DNA from: Trichomonas gallinae
Lineage: Eukaryota
Direction: 5' to 3'
Assembly (NCBI GenBank): GCA_008369845.1
Contig: MRSU01010752.1
Location: 1-48,857 of the forward strand
DNA: 48,857 bases
Shown here in pieces: positions 29,501 to 37,225 of this stretch. Under the pieces are notes generated by a model. It saw only the letters and a program-made list of their open reading frames with translations, did not search any database and had not been told where the DNA came from. How positions within the stretch are numbered: the first letter of the stretch is position 1; every line of letters begins with the position of its first letter. A program made the position numbers and the translations under genes.

Positions 29501-29654
29501 GTGCCCTGTTTATAGGACAAGCGAGCGTGCCGGTGTTTTGTCGACAACTGGACATTCAACAAATTTCGTTGTCGCATTAAATATCCCTTCAGCAATGCAG
29601 CCTGATAAGTGGATCCTTCGTGGTGCTGCACTCCTTACATCAACTCCTTATTAA
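17529..29654 (+). CDS. Axonemal inner-arm dynein heavy chain, single-headed, DNAH6-like
   Basis: 4041 aa with FPRFYFLSN; P-loops GPAGTGKT, GPTGGGKT, GESGCGKT and GMGSTGKR; CFDEFNRI; stalk coiled coil; RRWPLMIDPQGQ; and C-terminal RAGVLSTTGHSTNFV typical of single-headed inner-arm dyneins. Inr TCATTT at 17515-17520; alternative ATG at 17568. Confidence 0.96.
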   Translation: MLNFHKNTKKRTKMSQELRNRLYTKNNTTKIPKVLKPKNSRQLTPSGVSLSLSQPVPIPRLLTEHEKTSHEQTFLTSQPVTGDIQSETPTLTIPSPTRSNAFTRPTTGMLHMSPSKPIQRTKPPTLIPLGFKPLSEIQEPTRPSSRQSKSKSVMLMEPPDVTKNPIFRLKKSNLEVQIPEDLERFKLDPIYTPDISDELWTDPSLIFNYIRLIRQKHFTEEFLYFVPTPETPHEPQNVYFLRYIPPDQVDKDHYYTLSADGITSYSKEANSEFIPIEQWIRECSLFLRTKQLGFFNHYDKWRSFYLLHTITRNANINKSKQHVSDKLFNGDTIIREALIVHQKNCQQILKLSLVDVKSAQTLTLDQFIERQRANKAAVAQEISSLLHQTTSKIIASCDLTYENAGGSKGEEETYRTTKKDIMINVKAPKPKKIGTNDMMVYTQLATQRFCYKRLSRFIRLCDYILIRTLYQFIIQSAQQLLDFLKPRIGSTGGDNTRLSTQVIILNNKLAFSPNKEQMISAVLSIWDDLINLVYSIPLFSSNQSLLQYAQAFPWENPAIPLPTIINRDSLYKNLISQFTVRIETAFSEGDVTLNEYTHFLESYIRNTQEFNIDKLHKQDPPPSFYADSLANYKQEIHEMEQIKHSVQVNMLLILLGTFADKIKPSPRNCMQSLHILIPTIAEQKVEDLTKFVNEALSTLKQDPAEIHFFVTQFEFRKRMVSELPSIQAKYKDYTAFYNLIAANQINISEESGIAYRELGNLITQLEGCLISMKEEEDGKIKKWSPEITKLLQKLTDDLLALQQDANNEVLMSAETSPDIAIENVQKLQERLKEMKERAEQVQHHQRVLGLKMSPIDQLDEVDQNINLKTMLWESYKTWNARAAALSMMSFKKINNEELTEELQNYTRITAQLNNGLPDHPLVKIFRRSVQDYNAILPVIIALANDHLTPNHWTKIKEITGLNFQEKTPTLQFLFQNNIAQHVDAIESISNDASQEASLRRMLAEIIMQWDLVEFPMVPHQYIKDFWLVGNLDDVIAKLDESQVKLSTIRSSRYVGAIKREVDTVSTNMNNVAKCLEYITQFQIAFNSLYKIFRSSDIQHELASETRDLSTLEREYKKWGTHARDSPKPYKLFTQQKAVPQLEEFIEVTNKVQKKLEEFLQTKRTGFPRFYFLSNENLIKIFAESRNPKAVNPFLPKLFEGISLLNFSQNDQDVQSMQSAEGEVVPLIKCKFQIGAVEVGMSSVEKAMYMTMHSMVAEGHKQYDQLKRTKWINRHCAQVISVVSQINFAETVEEILSQQNPLQGLEKFRDQQESQLKELADLVRTPLASAMRSGIVALITLDVHSRDIVSELIDRKVTSVNDFEWLKRLRYVWDAASNRVQVHQGTNSIDYGYEYLGATSRLVVTPLTERCYLTLTSAAQYYLGGSPAGPAGTGKTETVKDLSKAVGNFCVVFNCSDAVTVIQMEAFFSGLAQSGAWACFDEFNRINSEVLSVIAEHVYAVQAAQAAELQTFNFCGHTIPLNPRASVFITMNPGYAGRTELPDNLKSLFRPISMMVPDYAMIAEVVLYSEGFQNAKLLANKVTQLYKLSSEMLSQQSHYDFGMRALKSVLVMAGATKRRTPQLSEDIILIRAMRDSNLSKLLIDDTKLFDAIIGDLFPGVEFENEAFTEVTDAIEKAVDNFGLQHSEFLTKKTLQLYQTIFIRHGVMLVGPTGGGKTTSRNLLAGALDVMGTKVDQKELNPKSVTLTELYGAYNLSTGDWKNGLVGIMFTQCADAPKDIMQWIIFDGPVDALWIENMNTVLDDNKLLSLANSDRIKMTDQMHIIFEVGDLAQASPATVSRCGMVYYQPSDLGWKPLVNSWIAMKPENVRPALTELFEKTFDAALATLRDQCQTVVKPTVWNLAQSLCTIFDIMVYESKFELETLGEDVAPRKCAHLFAFAMCWAFSGIITDNTRGDFDTFLREAFQRRINYPPRRMLFDYSLDIHTDTFTAWVDQVPEAAPNSSVIPTSDTLRFSNMLQLLIKAKRPVLFLGESGCGKTSIIQETLNKNIESLYSIQFTLSARTSAAQIQELIESKMQSKRKNLFGPPEGKSAVLLVDDFSMPQPDEYWSQPPIEILRQVITRRGMYNRDELFWQNIADMTVVAAGITQGHVSDRFISQLTILSIPAPSDNILGKIFGTILNNFLKSADFGENIQKLAEDVVKTSVIFYRKVKSEMLPTPSKAHYTFNLRDVSRVFKGICMTNPISLFDMQSFVKLWFHETMRVYGDRLVDNKDREHMQQMMYDIAKQNLYLKEDIGHYFGESPLMWTDILKGYGYEGKLSYTEALSLQQVTNALASFAAPYRSNVVLFKEAIQHVLRLVRVLRQPYGHALLVGMGSTGKRTIARFAAHVARMDIFEPQPMKGYDIVQFRNDLRGLFKTAGAQDKPIMFLLTDDQIVSETFLEDINNVLNTGEVPGLFQTEEYDQMVNDLIPLMKKLGESPAYDSLCRKFSSNIMKNLHVVLALSPVGGRFRDRVRIFPSLVSCCTIDWYDSWPAEALNHIANEFLGKMDLSSHGDVKKTIADLVTYAHTVCLDYSGKFLRELGRTYYVTPAVYIEFFNLFTSMLEKRTAALMQEKEQLQKGVEKLQETNEKVQEMEAQLTRLRPQLQEKAIKTEQLLATLQVDREKVNEVHRVISAEEETVKKVQQEASRLAQEAEVDLAKAMPFLENAKAAVEDLKNRKSDLAVVKSFVKPPQLVIEVMEAVCLILGETPDWSTAKTLLAGANFLSRLLDVNKNAIPEQVLMKIRVMEADPRFEMKKVIAVSESAACLFKWVTAIEKYVTEYANVRPKQMRLDAAKEAQEKAEANLAVKQKQLQEITEKLANLQQQYDDSRQEQKELARNIEQCEYRLKNAEQLTTALDSERVRWSESLVELSKREKCLLGDTILIAIHVAYIGPFSYPYRQAILQELIAKFKEMNVAITESFTLEGVASTPVELREWQIQGLPQDSLSNQNGVLVTSTRRWPLMIDPQGQGRKWIIGQGNIKIIRTTESNYAQAIENAIRLGSSILVEDITEQIDGGLQFILNPKMKKQGGRSSIRIGDKWVDYDPNFKLFMTTKLSNPQFLPDVFIQLSVINFSVTHEGLEEQLLSDVVLHEMPDLEKQRSELIINISKNQKQLQGLMQQILHLLFTSTGNILDNETLIKTLHDAKDTAKYVSARLVEAEKTEKEITEKREVYRSVATRGSILYFVILELPGIDNMYQYSLEFFKRIFKNVLDSAQPTEDFTGKCDYFISKITTSSFLNVSRGLFANHRLVFSFLIAAALLRSTGKITDEEWRLFIRGPPTAPLEVFPEKPENVPERVWQGICDLSQANAMYSGIPQEVISNYIKWKPFLEDEDMIPPEPFNSLSAFTHLIMCLCMCKRKLSAMARMLVQTTLGETFVSQTIADLSGPFADTSNDTPLLFILSQGADPRDSLERLAKTNGMQQKLSILSLGQGRGPTATNLIQNAKVAGDWVFLQNCHLCPSFLPNLEQLVQEMSRTSSKYNQQFRLFLSSMPTDVFPISILRNSVKVTSEPPRGIKSNTANLLQTLSSEDFERSKHQRPFKKLVYALALFHSTIQERKQYGALGFNKVYEWSTSDFQIASMMLRNFVSDYESVPWGALLSTVGDVVYGGRVTDDWDRRCMNTMLKRFICEAATMDDIYFDPLGHYPSPPLTTLENTIEFTKGMPDVDIPDIFGLHSSAQHTLDLRRSQTLHGLVVSVQPKDSNSAAASKDDEIVLDMAEKFDNQLPQEINLKNADEGLMDSLNPKEGRPNSLSVVLMQEVDRFNNLLKLIHGTLKQVSQAIKGEVVMTVDIQKTYRSLLEGKVPHEWSSKSYPSTKPIHSWFKDLLEKVAFIQKWVSKGQPTAFWFPGFFFPQSFLTAVLQSYSRKHKVPIDALSFKAEVVEKDPDTIVQPPEDGVYIYGLFFDGCRWETDEQSLADVSPNVEYSKCPVLHLLPTGSVVEETNEEYMCPVYRTSERAGVLSTTGHSTNFVVALNIPSAMQPDKWILRGAALLTSTPY

Positions 29655-30871
29655 TGTTATTATTGTTTTTCTTAAATTATTTGTTTTGTTTCGTTAAATG
29701 TTATTAATTTACTATATTTGAGCATTTAAACTGTTTGCTAGAATCGATGTTTATTTTATTAAAAACTTGAAAAAATAACAAAAATTCTGTGTTATTTTGG
29801 CTCAAGCACGAATAAACTATGATTTTTATATATAAACATTTAATTTGGATAGTGATGCAAAGCCCGAAGAAAATTCACTTTTTTCCAGGAAAAAATTTTA
29901 AAAGCTTCCCGAAAAAAAATATACGTTTTTAGGCTGAAATTGCACATTTTTTAAATTAAAAAACGACAAATAGACTAGAAAAAATTTTGGATGAAAAATA
30001 AAGGCATCTTTTGCATAAAAAATTGAATAATTTTGAAATATGATAGTTGCTTGAATATTCCATTTTAGATCAATGCTGAATTTGCAAAACTATATAGGAA
30101 TTAAGTTTAGAGAGTGACCATCGATCAATTTCGGAAAAAACAACAACAGAATTTCGTGGTTCTAAAAGTGACTTTTTATAACAAATTAAAATGTAAACTA
30201 TTTAAAAGTGCGCTTAGTTATCCAAAGCATTATTATCCTTTTAATAGATTTAAATAACAATTCTCCATAAAAACTATTTCACATTCAAATTTTAGGAATT
30301 CCGCAAATTGTGAATTAATGAATAATACATATTCCTAAACATATGATGCGATTATAACGTAAACCATTGATTTCACTTTTTTTATTTTGTGATTAATTTT
30401 ATCCATAAATATTGATATATAGACATATTCTATCATCTCGTTTGATCATGTTTAAAATAAATCTCTCAAAATTTTATATTAAAATAAAACATGTATACTG
30501 ATTGACTTACGCGAGCGTTGATATAAATTTTATTTTATGATTTTTATTTTACAACAAATATTTCCAACATGATAACATAATAATTTGATGAATTTAAATT
30601 TCATTTGATGACTTTCAAAATTATGCTAAAACTATCATGCTTATGATTATTTTCACTTTAAATTGATTTGAAATTTGAATGAAGCTAGTATTTCCGATTT
30701 CGATAAATTTAAGGACATCTAATATAGATTATTTAATGCAGCCGACTAAATTTGATTTAATTGTTTTTTCTATAGATGAGTTTGAAAGCATCTCTCAATT
30801 AATTGAGAGCAAAATGTTTCTTAATTCTCAAAAATTGAAAAGCCATGTCAAATTTTTAATTCATTTAACAA

Positions 30872-33800
30872 ATGCTTTCTCTTTTCATATCCAAATGCAT
30901 TTGTGATTATTATGTTTCCCCGTCAGGTGTTATTGACAATAATAAAGCATTGTTCGATGTTAAAATCCAACAAAAAAATCAATTGGTAAAATATTCTTTT
31001 ACTGAACAGGTAGGATTTTACAGTGCTTTTAAGATTTATGACCCAAAAAGAGAATATGTATCAGATTTAAACTATATTACAGCTAACAAAAAAGAAATTT
31101 CCGTCGATGGTGTTGTTGTCAAAAGCACCATCACCGGATCATCAGACAATCTCAATGTCTACGTACAGTTTGATGTTACCAACAATAATTACTGGTCCAG
31201 AAAAATTGATCTTGGGTTTTATGCTCAGCCAAAAGTTCAAGGAGGTAAAATTGCAAGAGTCGCCAATTATAAGGATAGAGGAATGAAAGTTATTGGCAGG
31301 CCAACAAATGGCGCTGACTTCACATACACAATTGTTACAAATAAATTCAACTATCCGGATCTCACAGGATATTATTTTGCTCAATTGGGTGACCAGGAAT
31401 ATAAATCATCTGCTGATTATCCATATTGGAAGACTGGACCCTCAACTGATACAGATTTTTCCAAACCCGTTGAACTTGCTTTCCATTATGCAAACCAAAC
31501 GATTCGTGGCCATGAAACAATAACACTTGGCTTTGTTATTACAGGTGAAACAACATCCAACTTCGCACCTTATGTTGAAGATATTACCGAAAGGAAGAAT
31601 TTTTACAGTCCGAACGAAGAAGTCGATATTAAGATTGCTGCTTACAATTGGGAGGATGAAGATGTGACTGTTACATTGGAACTTCCAGATGGGAAGAAAT
31701 TTACTAATAAGAGCAGAGCCAATCCAGTTGTATATTTGACTCAAAAAGTCAATATAGGTAGTGATTCAAAGTTCACATTTTCATATTACGCAGAGTATCA
31801 TCCATATAATAAGAAATCAATACCAAGGACCTCATATTTTCCTATTTCTGAGCCACCTAGTATCACTATTACTACAGAGCCTTTAAAGAATTATAGTATT
31901 GGCGAGACTATTCGTGTTGCTGGTAAAGTATCAGATGATGCTGCAGAAGTCCAGATCAGATACCAAATAGATAAAGATGGCGCAGAATTAACAATCAATA
32001 AAACAAATGTTACACCCGAAGGCGTCATTTTCGATGTTAATCTTGAAGTTCCAAAAGCTATTTTTGCGGGAGAACATGTTTTCCGTATCTGGGCAGTTGA
32101 CGCTGTTGGAGTTTCGTCAATATACAAGGAATTCAATTTCACTCTCAATACTCCAAATATTCCAACATTCCTTTCAACATTCGTCAATACAAATGTTGCT
32201 AGAAAGGGCGACAAAATTGTTTTATTCGGTGAATTAACGGATAAAGATACCAATCAAAATCTCTCAATCTACATCAGGTTTGGAGAGAATGGTAAGCGCG
32301 ATTACCTTGGCTCAATCATTTCAACTGATGAAAGAAGACCTTTCGCTTTCTTCTACACTGTCCCTGAAAATGCCCCGGCGAAATACAACATTATATTCGA
32401 GGCTATCGATAATACAGAGCAGAGATCAGAGGGAAGGAATGAAGTTTCAATAAGAGTTCGTGATCCATCTGAACCAGATCCAACTCCATCGCCGCGACCA
32501 GCGAAACTTGTAGAAACAAACCCAACATCACCGGATGCATGCTTCGATCTGACATACGAAGAAAAGGATCAGCAGCCAAAATCTCTCACATATAATAACG
32601 AAGGTTTCTTCGTTGGTTACAGAGTTTACGACAAGAGCAAATCGAAGACTAGCGAAACATATCTTGTTAAGAAGTCCGAAAGCCAAACATCATCAAATAA
32701 GAACATCACAGTTTCATTCTCAGCGCAGCATGATGAGGCTTCTCCAAACTTCTTGAACTTGGTTTTCTCTGTCACCAATAATGGATACTTCTCGCAAAGA
32801 ATCGATCTTGGTGTCTTTACAGACTCATTCTTTGGTGGTGATGACAACAATCCAATCAAGTTTAGAGAAGATCAGCTTGGCTTCATCGTCTCAGGAAACG
32901 AAAGACATTATACTGTTTTGACAAGAAACTTCCTCGACCATAAGAATATCGATAATACATTTATCGGCCAAGTTGATAAGAAGCAAGTCACAGTCAATAA
33001 ATACCCATTCTTCGACGACTCAGAATCGAAAGCTTCAACTTCAGACCAAAATGCGATGTACGCATTCTCATGGGTGAAACAAGACATTCCACCAGACACC
33101 ACAGTAAAATTTGCTGTTGCTTTTGCAGCCGATGAGTACATTCCAACACCATCTTTCATTTATGATCACACATCTTATCCAGACTGGGTGTTTGAGGGAG
33201 ATTCAATCAAATTCACAGTTGATGTTGCTGATTCTGACATTGATCAAAACATTGTTCTCGATGTCTATTTCAATGGCGCAAAGAATTCAACAATGTACGA
33301 AGTTATTCCAGGACAAACTAAGTTCACATTCACACAAAATGTGAAAATTCCAGAAGGAATTTATTTTAACTTCACAGCAATTTGCCACGATGAACTTTAT
33401 CGTTGGGCATCAAATAGGATTGAGAAGATTATTCCTCTGATAGACGAGCCTAGATTCGGGGTTTATTCTAGTTCGATCAGAGAAAGACAATTTACTTCAC
33501 AGCCTATATCGATACAGGTCGGAGCTTCGTCACCTAGAGTTAAAGGATACATTAAATACCAGTTCGATGATGCTAGAATTGTTAATTGCGTTGAGCTTCA
33601 GGCTGATGCTCCTGAAGTTAGAAAATATTTGACTATCGAATTCCCTTCAGAACTCGAGGTTAGAGATTGGCATACATTTACAATTTGGGCAGAAAACGAG
33701 CTTGGTCAAAAGAGCATGTCAGTTAATTCTTATAGATTCTTGCTCAGAGAAGAAAATCCACCAAAGTTAGTAGAAGCTGGCCTTTCAGCTCAGGTTGCAA

Positions 33801-34054
33801 CAGCAGGAAGTTCTATTGTTGGTTACGTCATTCTTGCCGACAAAGAAGACAACGAGAATTTGAACCTGTATGCAACTTACAACGGCGAAGATCATTTTAT
33901 TTCCAACTTCAAGAGCCATGCATCTGACACTCCATATGGATTCTTCTTCACTGTTCCTACAGAAATTTCTGGAAATCAAAATATTGTTTTCTATGTTGTA
34001 GATGAAGATTTATTGAGGTCTGATAATTATCCAGTTAGGTTATATATCCAATAA
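30872..34054 (+). CDS. Secreted/surface beta-sandwich (Ig/cadherin-like, Bap-like) repeat protein built from two tandem ~520-aa halves
   Basis: Inr TCATTT at 30861; short signal-like MLSLFISKCIC; beta-rich; H.F.IWA.D/N..G..S motifs; Pro-rich linker DPSEPDPTPSPRP at 32462-32500; no C-terminal transmembrane segment. Confidence 0.75.
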   Translation: MLSLFISKCICDYYVSPSGVIDNNKALFDVKIQQKNQLVKYSFTEQVGFYSAFKIYDPKREYVSDLNYITANKKEISVDGVVVKSTITGSSDNLNVYVQFDVTNNNYWSRKIDLGFYAQPKVQGGKIARVANYKDRGMKVIGRPTNGADFTYTIVTNKFNYPDLTGYYFAQLGDQEYKSSADYPYWKTGPSTDTDFSKPVELAFHYANQTIRGHETITLGFVITGETTSNFAPYVEDITERKNFYSPNEEVDIKIAAYNWEDEDVTVTLELPDGKKFTNKSRANPVVYLTQKVNIGSDSKFTFSYYAEYHPYNKKSIPRTSYFPISEPPSITITTEPLKNYSIGETIRVAGKVSDDAAEVQIRYQIDKDGAELTINKTNVTPEGVIFDVNLEVPKAIFAGEHVFRIWAVDAVGVSSIYKEFNFTLNTPNIPTFLSTFVNTNVARKGDKIVLFGELTDKDTNQNLSIYIRFGENGKRDYLGSIISTDERRPFAFFYTVPENAPAKYNIIFEAIDNTEQRSEGRNEVSIRVRDPSEPDPTPSPRPAKLVETNPTSPDACFDLTYEEKDQQPKSLTYNNEGFFVGYRVYDKSKSKTSETYLVKKSESQTSSNKNITVSFSAQHDEASPNFLNLVFSVTNNGYFSQRIDLGVFTDSFFGGDDNNPIKFREDQLGFIVSGNERHYTVLTRNFLDHKNIDNTFIGQVDKKQVTVNKYPFFDDSESKASTSDQNAMYAFSWVKQDIPPDTTVKFAVAFAADEYIPTPSFIYDHTSYPDWVFEGDSIKFTVDVADSDIDQNIVLDVYFNGAKNSTMYEVIPGQTKFTFTQNVKIPEGIYFNFTAICHDELYRWASNRIEKIIPLIDEPRFGVYSSSIRERQFTSQPISIQVGASSPRVKGYIKYQFDDARIVNCVELQADAPEVRKYLTIEFPSELEVRDWHTFTIWAENELGQKSMSVNSYRFLLREENPPKLVEAGLSAQVATAGSSIVGYVILADKEDNENLNLYATYNGEDHFISNFKSHASDTPYGFFFTVPTEISGNQNIVFYVVDEDLLRSDNYPVRLYIQ

Positions 34055-34211
34055 TCAAAATAAAAGATATACCATCGGATTGCATGAATATTAATATTTT
34101 TTTTATTGATTTTTCTCTGCAACAGTTTGAAATTTGTTCAATGATGTCTAATAACAACAAAAAAACATTTTTTTTTGAAGTCTACTCTATCAAACAATAT
34201 ATTTATTTTCT

Positions 34212-35291
34212 CTATAAAAGTAATTTCTTAAATTCTATCATATGCTTTGTAATTTGCTTCCATCCGCTAGTTGTCGGACAGTGAGCTGACTTATTAATTA
34301 CATGGAACTGGTAGTTTGGTTTCCCTTTAAAAAGTTCATCAATTTCACTTTTCATCGCGTGAATTTCTTCTGAGCCTTGGAGGAATATTGTTGGCACTTT
34401 GACTGCTTTATAGTCTTCTGTCATGTTTATCGCCATGAATGTTGACCAAATCAAGCTGTAGTGCTTGTTCATAGTCAGGAAAGTCTTGATGAAATTGATT
34501 CTATCGGCAACTGAATAATCAGGTGAGACGAATAATCTGTACATCCATGTCCTGTACATGCTATTTTCTGAATACGGGCCATGATAGATTTCGCTGTTCA
34601 GCTTTTCTTCGGCGAGAGATTCCACGTAGTCTTGAAGATCATGATATCGTTTTGTTCTGGTTAATTCGTCAATTTTTGCCATTTGTTTTGCGGAAATTTT
34701 ATCTTTCAGCTTTTCTATGTAGTATTGCGAGTCCTTCATCATATCGAGAATTGGTCCCATATTGATTAGTCCGGATATCGTAATGTTTCCTTCGGATGTA
34801 ATTCTATTTGTTGCGCATGTTGATAGATATGTACCAAATGAGTATCCATTTATAACGATTTTATTGGTAGGAAACTCTTTTCTTATATATTTTACTAAGT
34901 CTACTGTCATATCTACCCATTGCGAAATTTCAAAATTATCTAATTTAGAATAATGAACGTAATTCTTACCTACACCGTACTCATCCCACCAAACAAGCGT
35001 ATATTCACTGCGAAGATCTTCGTAAAGTCCACGAAATGTACTTCCATAAACAAATGGAACTAATGGACCTCCATGGAGCATAATCATGACTGGATTTGAC
35101 TTGTTCTTGCCTTCAAGAAATATTGTTTGCTTGATTTTGCATAATTCGACTGTTCTTTTATCAAAAATTTCCATTCCTTTGCCTTGGTTGACAGTAATGG
35201 CCAATTGCATGAATCCGTATACAATAAGTCCCAATGTAAGTGCTATCGGAAGAATGCATAATACAAGGAAAACAAACAGGGCATGGCACAT
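34212..35291 (-). CDS. Alpha/beta-fold hydrolase (proline iminopeptidase-like) with an N-terminal hydrophobic anchor
   Basis: NPVMIMLHGGP oxyanion motif, LVWWDEYGVGKN, nucleophile elbow GYSFG, VKVPTIFLQG and C-terminal SAHCP. First ATG is 35291 (the ORF track starts at TTG 35306). Confidence 0.88.
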   Translation of the reverse strand: MCHALFVFLVLCILPIALTLGLIVYGFMQLAITVNQGKGMEIFDKRTVELCKIKQTIFLEGKNKSNPVMIMLHGGPLVPFVYGSTFRGLYEDLRSEYTLVWWDEYGVGKNYVHYSKLDNFEISQWVDMTVDLVKYIRKEFPTNKIVINGYSFGTYLSTCATNRITSEGNITISGLINMGPILDMMKDSQYYIEKLKDKISAKQMAKIDELTRTKRYHDLQDYVESLAEEKLNSEIYHGPYSENSMYRTWMYRLFVSPDYSVADRINFIKTFLTMNKHYSLIWSTFMAINMTEDYKAVKVPTIFLQGSEEIHAMKSEIDELFKGKPNYQFHVINKSAHCPTTSGWKQITKHMIEFKKLLL

Positions 35292-35498
35292 CACTCTTAT
35301 TGTCAATTTTTCGATCAGTATAAAAGTAAAAAAATACTATATTATCCGATTTGAACCAGAGGCCAGCAGAATATTTTTGTCATTTTACATAGCAAAAAAA
35401 TCAAAAACATTTTGAGCAACTTTGCTCAACAAAATATTGTTCATTCAAGCTTTAATCGAGCATGAATGAGTTTATCTCGCATAAAATATCAGATCTAA

Positions 35499-36524
35499 AC
35501 GACGACAATAGTTATTTTCAATCAACTTACACGATTTTTTTCGATTCACGAAACAGAAACACCAGAAGAAATATGGTTTTCATACTTCAAAAGCGTTTTC
35601 AAAGGTGAAAGTTACTCTCAATGCTCAAAAGAATGTCAACCCATACCAAAAAATAATGAACTTTACGTCTACGATAGTTCTTTTATCGATGACCGCGATG
35701 GTGTTGTTTCAATAACGAAAGATGACGTCCAATTCCTACATTCTTCATGTATTTTTGATAAATGTTATCGATTATCACTTGGTGGTGCTATTTATTTTGT
35801 TTGTAAAAGCTCCATCATCCAAAGACGATTTTGTTCAACTAACGCATCAACAGGTTCAGAAGGCTTTCATTCATATACAGAATTAATTGAAGATAGCTAT
35901 AATAATAACCTTATTGAAGAATCAACAATTTGCCTTTGCTCAAATGAGAAAATACCTAATACTATATTTGCTGACTATGGTAAAGTTGGCATTTCTTCAT
36001 CTAATATAACGAAAAATAATGTTAAGTTTTATTCTGGTTTTAATTCTTTTTATGCCACTAATTTTGGCAATATTAGTTTTTCAACTTTTGAGGATAATAT
36101 TGCTAAAGAATATAATTGTTTATGGCATGGTTTTTCAACATATCGATATTTTTGCTGCAATATGATAAATAATTCACAGAATTCTACTTCTTATGGTTTA
36201 TTTTTAATTTATAATGGAGAGTTTATCATCAAAAACAGTGTAATTCGTGGTGATTGCGGGCAAGGGCTGACATTTTATTGTCATTATTTTGATGATAAGT
36301 TTACTGTTGTCAACTGTAACATCGATGCTTTTTCGACAAGAAATCTAGGAACATATAATTTCACACAAACTACTTCTGAAGAAAACTATAACAAACTACA
36401 ACACATAGCAATTTACACGTGCCAAGCTTATACAGCAATCAAACAACCAGACAATACACCAGTAATCACATATTCAAGTTTTTTTTATGCACTTAGTCTT
36501 GTGAATCAACTTTATATGACATAA
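35499..36524 (+). pseudogene. GGAI-motif (Pmp/pectin-lyase-like beta-helix) trichomonad hypothetical family member lacking an N-terminal ATG; probable pseudogene or sequence error
   Basis: The frame is open from 35499 (after TAA 35496-35498) to 36524, but its first ATG is 36162. The upstream part reads ...EIWFSYFKS...ELYVYDSSF...CIFDKCYRLSLGGAIYFVCKSSIIQRRFCS...ISSSNITKN...ISFSTFEDN...CCNMINN; hydrophobic C-terminus. Confidence 0.65.
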
Positions 36525-36662
36525 TAAAGAAATATTCGCTAATAAATGCAATATTATTTTAATTATCATATTTAAAGGACTTTTTATAATGAGATAGTTA
36601 AATTAGAGATGATATTAATTAATAATGGGAAGAATTTGATATGCATTGATAACTTTATAATT

Positions 36663-37211
36663 TTAGTCTCTGTATATGCATTTTGCCTTGATCACTCTAT
36701 CATGAAGGTCTTGCTTTTCTGCAGGTTTGCCCATCGCGAGACCCATAATAGCGCCTCCCTTCGGAACGCCAAGAGGCTCCATTAGGTCTGCCATTCCGAT
36801 AGAGCCGATGCACATTGTTGCGTATCCCATGCTTTGCGCCATCAGGATGATTGCTTCGACGATGATGCCACAGTCGATTGGAGCGTAAATATCCTTAGCT
36901 CTCTCGTTCTTCACGAATACGAACAGAACAGGTGCATCGCATGTTATGCAGTTGTCAACACTGAGCTCATCTCTTCTTGCGATGAAGTACTTTGCTGCAT
37001 GGTCAGGGAGTGCAGCGAGTGTCTTTTCCTCGATCTTCTTCTGCATGTCCTTTCCCCTGATCACGTGGACATCGATTCCCTGGAAATCAATTGCAGATGG
37101 TGAAGTCAACGCAGCGTTGACGATCTTATCGATGTCTTCTTTTGGAACCTCCTGGTTTCTAATGTAGTTCCTGATTGTCCTCCTTGCACTGATTGCATCA
37201 ATGACGCTCAT
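36663..37211 (-). CDS. Nitroreductase family flavoprotein
   Basis: 182 aa with IDAISARRTIRNY, AALTSPSAIDFQ, DAPVLFVF, IDCGIIVEAIILMAQSMGYATMCIG and LAMGKP; intact frame. Confidence 0.93.
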   Translation of the reverse strand: MSVIDAISARRTIRNYIRNQEVPKEDIDKIVNAALTSPSAIDFQGIDVHVIRGKDMQKKIEEKTLAALPDHAAKYFIARRDELSVDNCITCDAPVLFVFVKNERAKDIYAPIDCGIIVEAIILMAQSMGYATMCIGSIGMADLMEPLGVPKGGAIMGLAMGKPAEKQDLHDRVIKAKCIYRD

Positions 37212-37217
37212 TTGTCC

Positions 37218-37225
37218 AAAAATGA
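37218..37225 (-). promoter_or_regulatory. Initiator (Inr) element of the nitroreductase gene
   Basis: Minus strand reads TCATTTTTGGACAAATG: TCATTTTT begins 14 nt before the ATG. Confidence 0.6.
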
